Source of the DNA: a virus
Lineage: Duplodnaviria > Caudoviricetes
Length of the DNA stretch: 64,000 nt
Virus record (IMG/VR): IMGVR_UViG_3300009553_000023
Coordinates: 1,448 to 65,447 of that record
Direction: 5' to 3' (one strand)
Made by a program: the position numbers and the translations under genes. Positions within the stretch are counted from its first letter, which is position 1, and each line of letters opens with the position of its first letter. Positions 9,137 through 18,196 of the stretch are shown in pieces. The notes under the pieces are model-generated. The model saw nothing but the letters and a program-made list of their open reading frames with translations. It was not told the DNA's origin and ran no database searches.

Positions 9137-9165
9137 CGTCTATGGTCGTGGGTACGATTACGTCC

Positions 9166-9271
9166 TGTCCCCGACGTAGCTCAGCGATGCAGAAGCATCG
9201 GTCCCGTTGGATGGCTAGAGCGGCACAACAAACGTGGTCACGCGCCGGTTCAAGTCCGGCCGTCGGGGACA
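9166..9271 (+). ncRNA. tRNA-like RNA with expanded D-loop and degenerate anticodon arm
   Basis: Acceptor CCCGACG/CGTCGGG (extends to 11 bp), TA-GCTC...GAGC D-stem, GCCGG-TTCAAGT-CCGGC T-arm; TACGAT -10 at 9153-9158. Confidence 0.7.
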
Positions 9272-9296
9272 AGCTGTAGCCGGGGTGGGGGGTAGG

Positions 9297-9671
9297 ATGG
9301 CGGGTGTGGTCGAGTCGCACAAGATGTTCGTCCCACCCCCGAATCATCCCTTCAACGGTGCGGCATGGGCCATGCGCCAACACCAGAAGGAGCGTGAGTA
9401 CGTAGCGGAAGCTTTGCTCCGTGCGCGTCTACCCCGCCAGCTTCAGGGCCTGCTGAAGCGCCCACGTGCCTTGAAGCTTGCGCTGCGCCTCCGCCCCATG
9501 TGGAAACCGACCTTCATTCAACTTCAGGGCTACACGACGTTGGCCAGCGCTCAAGAGTTCGGCCAGGCCTGGCTCCGCGAGACGGCAGAGCGGGGCAACA
9601 CACAGGCCAACGTGGGCGTAATCTACTCCCAGGCCGACGCGAGACAAAGAGCAATAGCGGTCCATGCCTGA
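9297..9671 (+). CDS. hypothetical protein
   Basis: ATG after GGGGGGTAGG; overlaps next gene. Confidence 0.5.
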   Translation: MAGVVESHKMFVPPPNHPFNGAAWAMRQHQKEREYVAEALLRARLPRQLQGLLKRPRALKLALRLRPMWKPTFIQLQGYTTLASAQEFGQAWLRETAERGNTQANVGVIYSQADARQRAIAVHA

Positions 9672-9870
9672 CATCGAGGGCACCCTCTACGTCCCGCTCG
9701 ATTTCAAGCCCCGCATCCTCGTCGGCTGGCAAGTGAAGACGACTCGGGGCAACGACGTGAACGAGTTCGCGATCACTCGCGCCTATACCTGGCCGCACTC
9801 AGTGTCCCGCTCGTTCGACGGGCGCAAGAAGGTGGCTTTCGTGGGAGACCGCTTGGAGCCGAATGCCTGA
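9664..9870 (+). CDS. hypothetical protein
   Basis: Overlap-coupled small ORF. Confidence 0.5.
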   Translation: MPDIEGTLYVPLDFKPRILVGWQVKTTRGNDVNEFAITRAYTWPHSVSRSFDGRKKVAFVGDRLEPNA

Positions 9871-10192
9871 GACCATCCTCTACCGAGGCCCAAGCGGTGT
9901 AACCATAGACTCGCAGGCGATGCTAGATGAGCTGCGCGCCACCAATCTCCGCCTGGTCTTGGAGAGCGCGAAGGAAGACCCCGTGACCTACCGGGTAGGT
10001 GGTGAGGATCACACCGTCCGTGGTTTCGATGATGAACCCTGGCGAGCCGAGATCCACCCCGCCGACCGCAAGCAAGTCCTTGACTTCGAGGAAGGCAACG
10101 GACCGGAGAAGGTAGAGGGCGTAGCGCGCCTACTGCGCCGAGTCCTTCCTGAGCCAGCCAAGGTCGTTGCCCACATGTCCGATGTTGTCTGA
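9863..10192 (+). CDS. hypothetical protein
   Basis: Overlap-coupled; GGAG RBS. Confidence 0.55.
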   Translation: MPETILYRGPSGVTIDSQAMLDELRATNLRLVLESAKEDPVTYRVGGEDHTVRGFDDEPWRAEIHPADRKQVLDFEEGNGPEKVEGVARLLRRVLPEPAKVVAHMSDVV

Positions 10193-10337
10193 GATCTTCG
10201 CCGAGAACATGCGGGATGCCATCCGGTCCATTCAAGTGACGCCGGAGCAGGTTGTCCGCAACCTTCAGTCGTTCGCTGCCGCCGGTTTCAAGGTGGCGGA
10301 CTTCGCGGCGCTCGTCCACCGATCGCCCGAGCGCTAG
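10182..10337 (+). CDS. 51-aa hypothetical protein
   Basis: MLSEIFAENMRDAIRSIQVTPEQVV...; fills the gap, overlaps upstream gene. Confidence 0.4.
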   Translation: MLSEIFAENMRDAIRSIQVTPEQVVRNLQSFAAAGFKVADFAALVHRSPER

Positions 10338-10365
10338 CCGCAGCCCCCCACCTACCGGAGGCCCG

Positions 10366-10548
10366 ATGTCCCGCCACTCTGGGCGCACCCGCGCCAATTC
10401 ACGCGTGCGCCACCAGCGAGCTGAGCGCAAGGCTGCTCGCAGGAGGGCGAGGAAGCTAAGGGCCGATGACGGTCTCAGGCTGCTCACCAGCGCGGACCTG
10501 CGAGGCAATACGGCGATGAAGGTGCTGCGCGAGGCGATCCGTGGCTGA
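10366..10548 (+). CDS. small Arg-rich protein
   Basis: GGAGG RBS then ATG; overlaps portal start. Confidence 0.5.
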   Translation: MSRHSGRTRANSRVRHQRAERKAARRRARKLRADDGLRLLTSADLRGNTAMKVLREAIRG

Positions 10549-12685
10549 CATCGCCCCGATGGTCGTCAAGGACTCTCGGCGGCGAGCCGTTCATCGCGCC
10601 GCCTCTCCGACCTTCAATGAGCTCGGGGTCACCGGCCTCCGCCAGTACGGCGGGTTCGTGGTCGAGGAGTGGCTACGCCAGCTCTCGGGCCAGCGCGCCT
10701 CCTGGGTCTACCGGGAGATGGCCGATAACGACGCCACGGTAGGTGCGTTCCTCTTCGCGATCGAAATGCTCGCCCGTGGCGTGCCGTGGGAGGTAGAAGA
10801 GGGCTCTGAAGCTGGCGCCGCGGAATTCATCGAGGAGTGCCGCAACGACATGTCCTCCACCTGGGAGGACATCGTTTGCGAAATCCTCACCATGCTCATC
10901 TTCGGCTGGTCTTGGCATGAGGAAGTCTTCAAGAAGCGCCAGGGCCCGCAGAAGGAGTCGATCCCGACCGGTGAGGGCGAGGAGCCGCAGGAAACCCCGC
11001 CCTCTTCCCGCTACAACGACGGCAAGATCGGCTGGCGCAAGCTCCCGATTCGTGCACAGGAGACCCTCTGGCGCTGGGACTTCGACGAAACCGGTGGCGT
11101 GCAGGCGATGGAACAGGTCGCTTGGGACGGCCAAAAGCGGCTCATCCCGATCCAGAAGTCGCTCCTCTTCCGGACCAAGGCCAACAAGGGCAACCCGGAG
11201 GGTCGCTCGATCCTCCGCAACGCCTACATCGCCTGGTTCCGCAAGAAGAATGTCGAAGAGATCGAGGCGATCGGCGTCGAGCGCGATCTAGCCGGCATCC
11301 CGGTCGCCAAGCCGCCCGAGGGCTTCGATCTGTACGCGGATACTGACGAGGCCAAGAAGGTCCGTGAGGCGGCCGAGGAGATGGTCTCCACGATCCGCCG
11401 CGACGAGGACGAGGGCGTGGTGCTTCCTGGTGGGTGGGAGTTGGAACTCCTGACCACGGGCGGCTCCCGCCAGCTCGACACCAACGAGATCGTCACTCGC
11501 TACAAGCAGGACATCGCCACCTCCGTGCTGGCGGACCTGCTGCTCATCGGACAGGACAAGGTCGGCTCCTACGCAATGGTCGACGCGAAGGCCGATATCT
11601 TCGGGTCCGCGGTGGATACGTGGATGGAAGGCATTGCGGCGGTCTTCAACCGCTACGCGATCCCGCGCCTGCTTGCACTGAACGGGATGAGCCTCGACGA
11701 TCCTCCGCAGCTTCGGCCGGGGACCGTGCGGCGCGTCGACCTCGACGCCCTGGCGCAGCTCCTCGAACGCCTTGCATCCGCCGGCGCCGTCGTCTTCCCC
11801 GACAACGACCTGCTGGCCTCCATCTATCAGCGTGCTGGTCTGCCTGCACCCGCCGCAGTAGAGGCAGCCAAGGCCGACCCAGAACCCGTGAGCGCCGCGG
11901 AGAAGCGCTTGGCGGATGTCGCGACGCCCGAGCTCGGTCGCCGCTATCTCGACCTCTCAGAGCACCATGAGCGCCACCTACAGCGCGCCATGAACTCGGC
12001 GCTGCGTGCCTTCGGTGAGGAAGCGGCTCAGTCCTACGAACGGATCGTCTCTAAGGGTGCGGCCTCACCCGAAGAGCAGCTGGTCGCCGACCAGATCATG
12101 AAGGACATCGGCGCCGCTGCCTTCGCCCGGAAACTCGCCCGCTCCTACTACGGCCACTATGGCGATGTAGCGGACTCGATGATCCAAGCCTTCAAGGAGG
12201 AACTGGGGGTGTTGGGTCGCTCGATCGACCTCAACCTGACCAAGCAGGCTCGAGCGGACATCCTGCGTGAGGGCGGATTGCGGGTCGGGATGCTCGACAT
12301 CGAACGCCAGCTTCGCTCCTCCATCCACAAGGCCCTCGCCGACGCTCGCGAAGCAGGCGAGGGATGGGCGCAGGCCGCGGCCCGCATCCGTAGCTATGTC
12401 CCGTCAGGCAAGTTCGTCAAGGCTGGTACTGCCTACCGCTCGCAGTTGATTGCACGCACCGAGACCGCGAATGCCCAGCGTCAGGTCGCCCTCGCCGCCT
12501 ACAGGACACACCCTGAAGTCGAGAAGATCGAACTCCTCGACGGGTTGGTGGCTGGCTCAGACGACGAATGCATCGCCCGCAACGGGTCCGTGGTCAGCTT
12601 TGCCGAAGCCGAAAGCATGGCTAAGGACGAGCACCCGCAGGGGACCCTCCAGCTTCTTCCGGTCTTCACGCCTCGCGGCGACTAA
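10541..12685 (+). CDS. portal protein fused to C-terminal MuF/SPP1-gp7-like head morphogenesis domain
   Basis: Portal motifs GNPEGRSILRNAY, GVERDLAGIP, FNRYAIPRLLALNG; MuF-like LIARTET...CIARNG...EHPQGT. Confidence 0.85.
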   Translation: MADIAPMVVKDSRRRAVHRAASPTFNELGVTGLRQYGGFVVEEWLRQLSGQRASWVYREMADNDATVGAFLFAIEMLARGVPWEVEEGSEAGAAEFIEECRNDMSSTWEDIVCEILTMLIFGWSWHEEVFKKRQGPQKESIPTGEGEEPQETPPSSRYNDGKIGWRKLPIRAQETLWRWDFDETGGVQAMEQVAWDGQKRLIPIQKSLLFRTKANKGNPEGRSILRNAYIAWFRKKNVEEIEAIGVERDLAGIPVAKPPEGFDLYADTDEAKKVREAAEEMVSTIRRDEDEGVVLPGGWELELLTTGGSRQLDTNEIVTRYKQDIATSVLADLLLIGQDKVGSYAMVDAKADIFGSAVDTWMEGIAAVFNRYAIPRLLALNGMSLDDPPQLRPGTVRRVDLDALAQLLERLASAGAVVFPDNDLLASIYQRAGLPAPAAVEAAKADPEPVSAAEKRLADVATPELGRRYLDLSEHHERHLQRAMNSALRAFGEEAAQSYERIVSKGAASPEEQLVADQIMKDIGAAAFARKLARSYYGHYGDVADSMIQAFKEELGVLGRSIDLNLTKQARADILREGGLRVGMLDIERQLRSSIHKALADAREAGEGWAQAAARIRSYVPSGKFVKAGTAYRSQLIARTETANAQRQVALAAYRTHPEVEKIELLDGLVAGSDDECIARNGSVVSFAEAESMAKDEHPQGTLQLLPVFTPRGD

Positions 12686-12748
12686 CGAGAAAGAGCCGCC
12701 CAAAGACGGCCCTCCTCGCTTGCGGGGCAAATTGGGGAATCGGCCCCG

Positions 12749-13099
12749 CTAAGGCTTAAGTCCCAGCTCTTCGATGCTTCGCCGATGCTCTTCCCATCGC
12801 GTTGCCTTCCGACAACGCTCCTTGATGGCTGAACCTACGGCGGACCATGATGGGAGTCGGCCTGTATCGAGGTTGTCCGCAACCAGAAGGGCGGCGCGAC
12901 CAAAGCCATCCCATGCTTGCGAGAACCGAGCTTCGGCCGCCGGACCCTGGATAACTTCCACGAACTCCCTGGCGGATGCCAACCATTGTCGCCTTGGGTC
13001 GTTGTTGTAGTGCGAAGGTGCGTCGGGGAGGCAGAGGAACTCAAGCGCCATTCGTTCAAGCTCTTGTCGGGCACGGCGAGCAGCCAGGCGCTTAAACAT
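12749..13099 (-). CDS. hypothetical protein (reverse-strand moron)
   Basis: GGAAGGA RBS, MFKRLAARR start; hairpin GCGGGGC/GCCCCGC at 12722-12749. Confidence 0.55.
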   Translation of the reverse strand: MFKRLAARRARQELERMALEFLCLPDAPSHYNNDPRRQWLASAREFVEVIQGPAAEARFSQAWDGFGRAALLVADNLDTGRLPSWSAVGSAIKERCRKATRWEEHRRSIEELGLKP

Positions 13100-13301
13100 T
13101 TCCTTCCACCTCCGCCTCCCACATCTCGACTGAGCCAGAGAACGTTTCAACGAGGGGACGCGCCACCAAGCGCACACCATCTGGCAAGTCGTGATCGGTG
13201 CCCACGGCGCCGTCCAAGCCCATGAACGTGTTGATGCGCTCGGCTGCTGCGCGTTCAACGCGAGCCTTGGTCTCGCCCGTGACTGTGAATCGAACTTCCA
13301 T
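13092..13301 (-). CDS. hypothetical protein (reverse-strand moron)
   Basis: GAGGGGG RBS, MEVRFTVTGE start; coupled to 12749..13099. Confidence 0.55.
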   Translation of the reverse strand: MEVRFTVTGETKARVERAAAERINTFMGLDGAVGTDHDLPDGVRLVARPLVETFSGSVEMWEAEVEGNV

Positions 13302-13397
13302 CGCAGATTCCCCCTCTGCGTAGCGGTTTTCGAGCCGCGATTTTACCGCGCCACTCGGCGCTCCCATCTCGTCTAACCCTCTCGAAAGGATCCCATC

Positions 13398-13739
13398 GTG
13401 GCCCGTATTGCCGTCCCCGTAACCCAGGTCAAAGTCGCTGGCGTCACGCCGCCCGTTCAGACCGCCGGCAACGCATCCGAAAACCATCAGATCGAAGGAA
13501 ACGATGGCCGGATCTACGTCGAGGTCGAAAACGTAGACGCTGCAGCCACCCACACGATCACGTTCCTCACCCCGGGCAGCGCTGGTGGCGCTGAAATTGA
13601 AGACCCGGCGATCGTTGTCGGCAAATCGGCCAAGGTGCTCGCCGGGCCTTTTGCTCCTCAGGTCTTCAACCAGTCCAACGGGCAGTTGTTCGTGAATGTC
13701 AACAGCGCCGAACTGAAACTCCGGGCCTACCGGGTTTGA
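13398..13739 (+). CDS. putative capsid decoration/structural protein
   Basis: AAAGGA RBS; beta-rich; head-module position; paralogue of 6411..6815. Confidence 0.65.
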   Translation: MARIAVPVTQVKVAGVTPPVQTAGNASENHQIEGNDGRIYVEVENVDAAATHTITFLTPGSAGGAEIEDPAIVVGKSAKVLAGPFAPQVFNQSNGQLFVNVNSAELKLRAYRV

Positions 13740-13740
13740 T

Positions 13741-14658
13741 TTGCGCTTCCCTGGCCTGAACAGGCAGGCGAAAAAGGCCGACCGGTCGTCTGGAGCGATG
13801 GTCGCCCTCTACCCGACCGCAGACGTGGCGCAAGCGCTGGCACAGTCAGGTGGCGAGTCGGCCGAGGAACTGCACCTAACGCTTGCCTTCCTTGGTGAAG
13901 CTGCCGATCTGCGCGACCCGGAGGCAGTGCGGAAGGTGGTCGAGGGCTTTGCGGCCTCATCTCCGCCGCTGGCCGGCGTGGTTTCGGGTATCGGCCATTT
14001 TACGGCTGGGCCGGAGCCGGTCACGTACGCCAGCGCCGATGTGCCAGGGCTGCCTCGATTCCGCGAGCGTCTCTGCGAAGCCCTATGTGGAGTCGGTGCT
14101 GAGCCATCGACGGACCACGGATTCAGCCCGCACATCACCCTCGCCTACGACCAGCGGGACCCGACGATCCCGAACCTCGCCCTGGCGTTCAACGAGGTCG
14201 CACTCGTCCTCGGCTTCGAGCGCTTTACGTTCCCACTGACAGGCAAGAACGCCGCAGACGGGGAGACGATCGCCACCAAGGGGGAAGGGGAGATGGAACT
14301 GACTGTGCCCCTCTGGAAGGACGACGCCAAGCGCATCGTCTACGGGGTCGTCATGCAGCCACATGTCCCCGACTCCCAAGGCGACTGGCAGGAGCCCGAG
14401 GACATCGAAGCAGCGGCGCACCGCTATCTCGCCGAATCCCGCAAGCACGACGTGCAGCACGCTGAGGAGCAAGTCTCAGTAGTACCTGTAGAGAGCTTCG
14501 TCACGCCCACGGATATGGAGTACGCCGGGCGCCCGGTTCTCAAGGGCTCCTGGGTGATGGCGGTGCGGGTGGACGATGACGAAGTCTGGAGCCAGGTCGT
14601 CAAGCGCGAGCTCACCGGCTTCTCGATCGGCGGCACCGGCGAACGCCTGAACGCCTGA
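13741..14658 (+). CDS. 2H phosphoesterase (2'-5' RNA ligase family) fused to XkdF-like prohead protease
   Basis: Two HxT motifs (LHLTLAF, PHITLAY); then RIVYGVV.P...DSQGD...IEAAAH...GSWVM...LTGFSIGG. Confidence 0.85.
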   Translation: MRFPGLNRQAKKADRSSGAMVALYPTADVAQALAQSGGESAEELHLTLAFLGEAADLRDPEAVRKVVEGFAASSPPLAGVVSGIGHFTAGPEPVTYASADVPGLPRFRERLCEALCGVGAEPSTDHGFSPHITLAYDQRDPTIPNLALAFNEVALVLGFERFTFPLTGKNAADGETIATKGEGEMELTVPLWKDDAKRIVYGVVMQPHVPDSQGDWQEPEDIEAAAHRYLAESRKHDVQHAEEQVSVVPVESFVTPTDMEYAGRPVLKGSWVMAVRVDDDEVWSQVVKRELTGFSIGGTGERLNA

Positions 14659-14701
14659 CTTCCTTTAACGCCTGACGGGCCCATGTGGGCCAGGAGGCCC
14701 C

Positions 14702-15664
14702 ATGCCCCAACTCACCAATCTCGACGTCGAGTGGGTGTCGCTCGTTGACCGCGCCGCGGTTCGCGATCCCATCGAGCAGTCGGAACCCAACCGCTTCCTG
14801 ATCTGGAAGCGCGATCAGTCCCAAGGAGGACACCCAATGTCGAAACTCACAAAGGAGCTGCTCGACCAGCTCGGCGACGCGGTTGAGAAGGAAGACGCTC
14901 TCGCCAAGCTCGTCGAGAAGGCTGACAACCCCGAGGAGGTCGGAAGTGCCCTCCAGGGTGTCGCGCGCCTGCTCACCGCCCACAAGGCCGACCTGACCCC
15001 GGAGATCGTCGCGGAGGTCGCGAAGGCCGCTGGGCTGGAGTTGCCGACCCCTGAGGCTCCTGAGGCCTCGGTCTTCAAGGCCGAGAACGCCTCTGAGGTC
15101 GTCGAGGCCCTTAAGGGCGCCGATGTCCCCGAGAGCGTCGTCAAGGAGGTCGAGGAGGCACTGGCCAAGGCGGCCGAGAAGGCAGAGCTGGAGAAGGCCG
15201 ACCTCCCACCGGCCGTCAAGGCCGCTCTGCAGAAGGCCGAGGATGACCGCAGGGAGTCCGCACGCAAGGCTGAGGAGGCCGAGCGGATCGCCAAGGAGGA
15301 GCGCGACACCCGCCTCAACAAGGAATTCATCGCCAAGGCTGAGGAGTTCAAAGGCCTGACCGTGAAGTCCGAGGAGTTCGGCCCTGTCCTCAAGTCCGCC
15401 AGCGAGAAGCTGGAGAAGGACGAATACGAGGCACTGGAGACCGTCCTGAAGGCTGCCGACGAGCAGATCGTCAGAGGCGAGCTCTTCAAGGAGGCCGGTG
15501 CGAGCGGCTCCCACACGCCCTCCGGTGCGTTCGAAGAGGCCACCAAGAAGGCGGAGGAGATCCGCAAGTCCGATTCCTCGCTCACTGCAGAGCAGGCGCT
15601 GGAGAAGGCCTTTGAGGCTGATCCCGCCCTCCAGGAGCGCTACCTCGCCGAGGTCCGCCGCTAA
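14702..15664 (+). CDS. capsid scaffolding protein with N-terminal protease-like strand
   Basis: AGGAGG RBS; MPQLTNLDVEWVSLVDRAA, then Ala/Glu/Lys-rich coiled coil; upstream of capsid genes. Confidence 0.75.
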   Translation: MPQLTNLDVEWVSLVDRAAVRDPIEQSEPNRFLIWKRDQSQGGHPMSKLTKELLDQLGDAVEKEDALAKLVEKADNPEEVGSALQGVARLLTAHKADLTPEIVAEVAKAAGLELPTPEAPEASVFKAENASEVVEALKGADVPESVVKEVEEALAKAAEKAELEKADLPPAVKAALQKAEDDRRESARKAEEAERIAKEERDTRLNKEFIAKAEEFKGLTVKSEEFGPVLKSASEKLEKDEYEALETVLKAADEQIVRGELFKEAGASGSHTPSGAFEEATKKAEEIRKSDSSLTAEQALEKAFEADPALQERYLAEVRR

Positions 15665-15691
15665 CCGCGGCAGGCAGAAGGAGAAACACTC

Positions 15692-16093
15692 ATGGCAACT
15701 CAGAAGATCGATGAGTTCGATTTCGAAGCCGCCCCTGCGGGCGAAGACCTTTCGACCAAGCAGTTCACGCTGGTGAAGCTGAACGAAAAAGGCGAACTGG
15801 TCAAAGCAGGTGGCGGTGATCTCGGTTTCGTCCTCCAGGACAAGCCCACCAAAGGCGTGACCGGCACCTTCGCGGTTGCTGGCCGCGTCAAGTGCGTCGC
15901 CGGCGCCGAAGTGAAACCTGGCGAACTGCTCTCGTCCGACGCGAACGGCCACGCCGTCCCGGCGACCGCAACCAAAGTCGCCGAAGAAAAAGTGAAAGCC
16001 CTCGGGACCAAGATCGTCGGCATCGCCCTCGAGGCGGCTGCCTCCGGTGAGGTCTTCGCCTTCCGGGCTGCCCCGACTGCTGGCCGCGCCTAA
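15692..16093 (+). CDS. capsid cement/decoration protein
   Basis: Small Gly/Ala beta-rich protein ending VGIALEAAASGEV; between scaffold and MCP. Confidence 0.75.
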   Translation: MATQKIDEFDFEAAPAGEDLSTKQFTLVKLNEKGELVKAGGGDLGFVLQDKPTKGVTGTFAVAGRVKCVAGAEVKPGELLSSDANGHAVPATATKVAEEKVKALGTKIVGIALEAAASGEVFAFRAAPTAGRA

Positions 16094-16124
16094 GCGCTCC
16101 AGCCACATCTAAGGAGAAAGCACA

Positions 16125-17132
16125 ATGGCTGGAACTGTCACCCCGATCCGCAAGGACGCAACGCCTTCGGATCTCCATATCGACCAGTACCTCACGAACC
16201 TCTCGGTTGCGTTTGCCCAGGACTCGGGGAAATTCGTCGCCGACAAGGTGTTCCCGGTGGTGCCGGTCACCAAGCAGTCGGACAAGTACTCCATCTACCC
16301 CAAGGGTCACTTTTGGCGCGATGAGGTTGCTCCCCGCCCGCTGGGAGGCCGCCCCAACCAGGCCGGGTATGACGTCGAATCGGGCACCTACCTCTGCGAG
16401 GAGGAAGGTCTAGAGCACAAGATCGACGATCGCGTTCGCGCGAACGCCGACCAGCCCCTAAACCCCGACCGCGCCGGCATGCGCCTGCTCACCGAACAGA
16501 CGATGATCCACCGCGACAGCGACTGGGCTGGCGCGTTCTTCAAAAAAGGGGTCTGGGGTAGCGACCTGAAAGGCAAAAGCTCATCGCCTGGGGCTGGGGA
16601 ATTCCTCCAGCTCGACCAGACCGGCACCGAACCCGTCGAATTCCTCGACGAACAGCGCGACGACCTTGGCAGCGCTACAGGCATGGATCCCAACACCCTG
16701 GTCCTCGGTCGCGACGTTGCCCGCGTGGTCAAGAACCACCCCGAAGTCAAGGATCGGATCAAGTACACGCAGCGCGGCATTGTCACGCCGGAGCTGCTGG
16801 CCGAGCTCTTCGGGGTCGAGCGGGTCGTCATTCCTGGTTCAGTCAAGAACAACTCCGAGGAGGGAGTTGCCGATGCGATCGACTTCATCGTCGGCCGCAA
16901 GGACATGCTGCTCATCTACTCAGCCCCGAATCCCTCCATCGACCAGCCCTCCGGCGGCTACATCTTCGCCTGGACCGGCCTGATCCCCGGGGCGACCAAT
17001 GCCTATGGTGGCGTGATCGAGCGAGGCCGTGAGGATCTCGCACATTCCGATGTGCTCCAGATTCGGGTTGCCTACGACATGCAGGTCGTGGCTTCTGAGC
17101 TGGGCATCTTCTTCGAAGGTGCGGTGGCCTAA
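16125..17132 (+). CDS. major capsid protein
   Basis: HIDQYLTNLSVAF, FVADKVFPVVPV, PNTLVLG, PSGGYIFAW; 335 aa; AAGGAG RBS. Confidence 0.88.
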   Translation: MAGTVTPIRKDATPSDLHIDQYLTNLSVAFAQDSGKFVADKVFPVVPVTKQSDKYSIYPKGHFWRDEVAPRPLGGRPNQAGYDVESGTYLCEEEGLEHKIDDRVRANADQPLNPDRAGMRLLTEQTMIHRDSDWAGAFFKKGVWGSDLKGKSSSPGAGEFLQLDQTGTEPVEFLDEQRDDLGSATGMDPNTLVLGRDVARVVKNHPEVKDRIKYTQRGIVTPELLAELFGVERVVIPGSVKNNSEEGVADAIDFIVGRKDMLLIYSAPNPSIDQPSGGYIFAWTGLIPGATNAYGGVIERGREDLAHSDVLQIRVAYDMQVVASELGIFFEGAVA

Positions 17133-17774
17133 ATGCCCTACATCGCTAAGCGGCGCCTTCGCTTCGGTGATGGCTGGATCGAGCCGGGGGAGCCAGTCCC
17201 GGAGGAGGAGGGACGCAACTACGCGTCCCTCCTCACCCACGGCCACATCGTCGAGGCGAAGGCCGCCAACGAGATGTCTGACGAGGAACTCACTGCCGAG
17301 GTTGAGCGTCTCACTACCGAGAACGAGCAACTCAAGGCGGCGGACACACCGGAGAGCATTGAGGTGCCCGATGGCGTGACGCCGGGTGTCACGCCAGGGT
17401 GGCCACTCGATGCGACCACCGGCACGCCCCTTTCCTTGAGCGAGGAGCAGCGCTCGGTACTCGCCGAACAGGAGATCGGGGAGGGCAACGAGAACGATCC
17501 GGTTCTCGCCATTCTCACCTACGAGGGCGATTTTGTGATCGTCAGCGGTGGCCAGGAGGCAGAGCAAGCCGAGGCTGACACGGGAGATGCGGCCGCTGAG
17601 GCTGAGTCGCCGGACCCTGAGCCCGCCGGGCAAACAGTTACCGAGGCCACCGACGCAGCGATCAAACTCGCCGAGGACGAGGACATCGACCTGCGCAGTG
17701 TGGTTGGCAGCGGTAAGGACGGTCGCGTAGTCGAGGGCGACGTGCAGAAGGCTATCGCCGAGCGCAACGCCTAA
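17133..17774 (+). CDS. acidic protein with C-terminal E3-binding (PSBD)-like domain
   Basis: ATDAAIKLAEDEDIDLRSVVGSGKDGRVVEGDV matches the 2-oxoacid dehydrogenase E2 peripheral-subunit-binding motif. Confidence 0.7.
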   Translation: MPYIAKRRLRFGDGWIEPGEPVPEEEGRNYASLLTHGHIVEAKAANEMSDEELTAEVERLTTENEQLKAADTPESIEVPDGVTPGVTPGWPLDATTGTPLSLSEEQRSVLAEQEIGEGNENDPVLAILTYEGDFVIVSGGQEAEQAEADTGDAAAEAESPDPEPAGQTVTEATDAAIKLAEDEDIDLRSVVGSGKDGRVVEGDVQKAIAERNA

Positions 17775-17779
17775 CACGC

Positions 17780-18196
17780 ATGTCCTGGAGCTACAGCGGC
17801 GACCCATCCGGTAGCAAAGGGGACGCCGTCCGGTTTGAGATTCCCGACACCGATGAAAGCCGGCAACTGGTCTCCGACGAGGAGATCGCCTACGCCCTTT
17901 CAGAGGAGTCGGGGATCATCGGGGCCGCGGCGCGCTGTTGTGAGATCGTCGCCCGCCGGTACACCCAGCAGGCCGACGTAGCCACGGGCGATGTCAAGCT
18001 CACGTACTCGAAACAGGCCGAAAACCTGGCAGTTAGAGCTAAGGAGCTTCGTGCCGCAGCACAGGGTTCACACGCTCCGTACTCGGGCAGTCAGAGTGTC
18101 TCGCGTAAGGAAGCACTAGGCGAAGACGCAGATCGCGTCGTGGGCCGGTTCTCACGTGGGCAGTTCGACAACCCTTCGGCCGCAGGTGGTGTCTGA
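17780..18196 (+). CDS. head-to-tail adaptor
   Basis: MSWSYSGDP..DAVRF.I.DTD...SDEEI.Y.L motif; synteny. Confidence 0.75.
   Translation: MSWSYSGDPSGSKGDAVRFEIPDTDESRQLVSDEEIAYALSEESGIIGAAARCCEIVARRYTQQADVATGDVKLTYSKQAENLAVRAKELRAAAQGSHAPYSGSQSVSRKEALGEDADRVVGRFSRGQFDNPSAAGGV

Noticed and set aside
9170-9268. Functional tRNA-Leu(CAA)
   Set aside because: No U33, broken anticodon stem, no long variable arm, oversized D-loop
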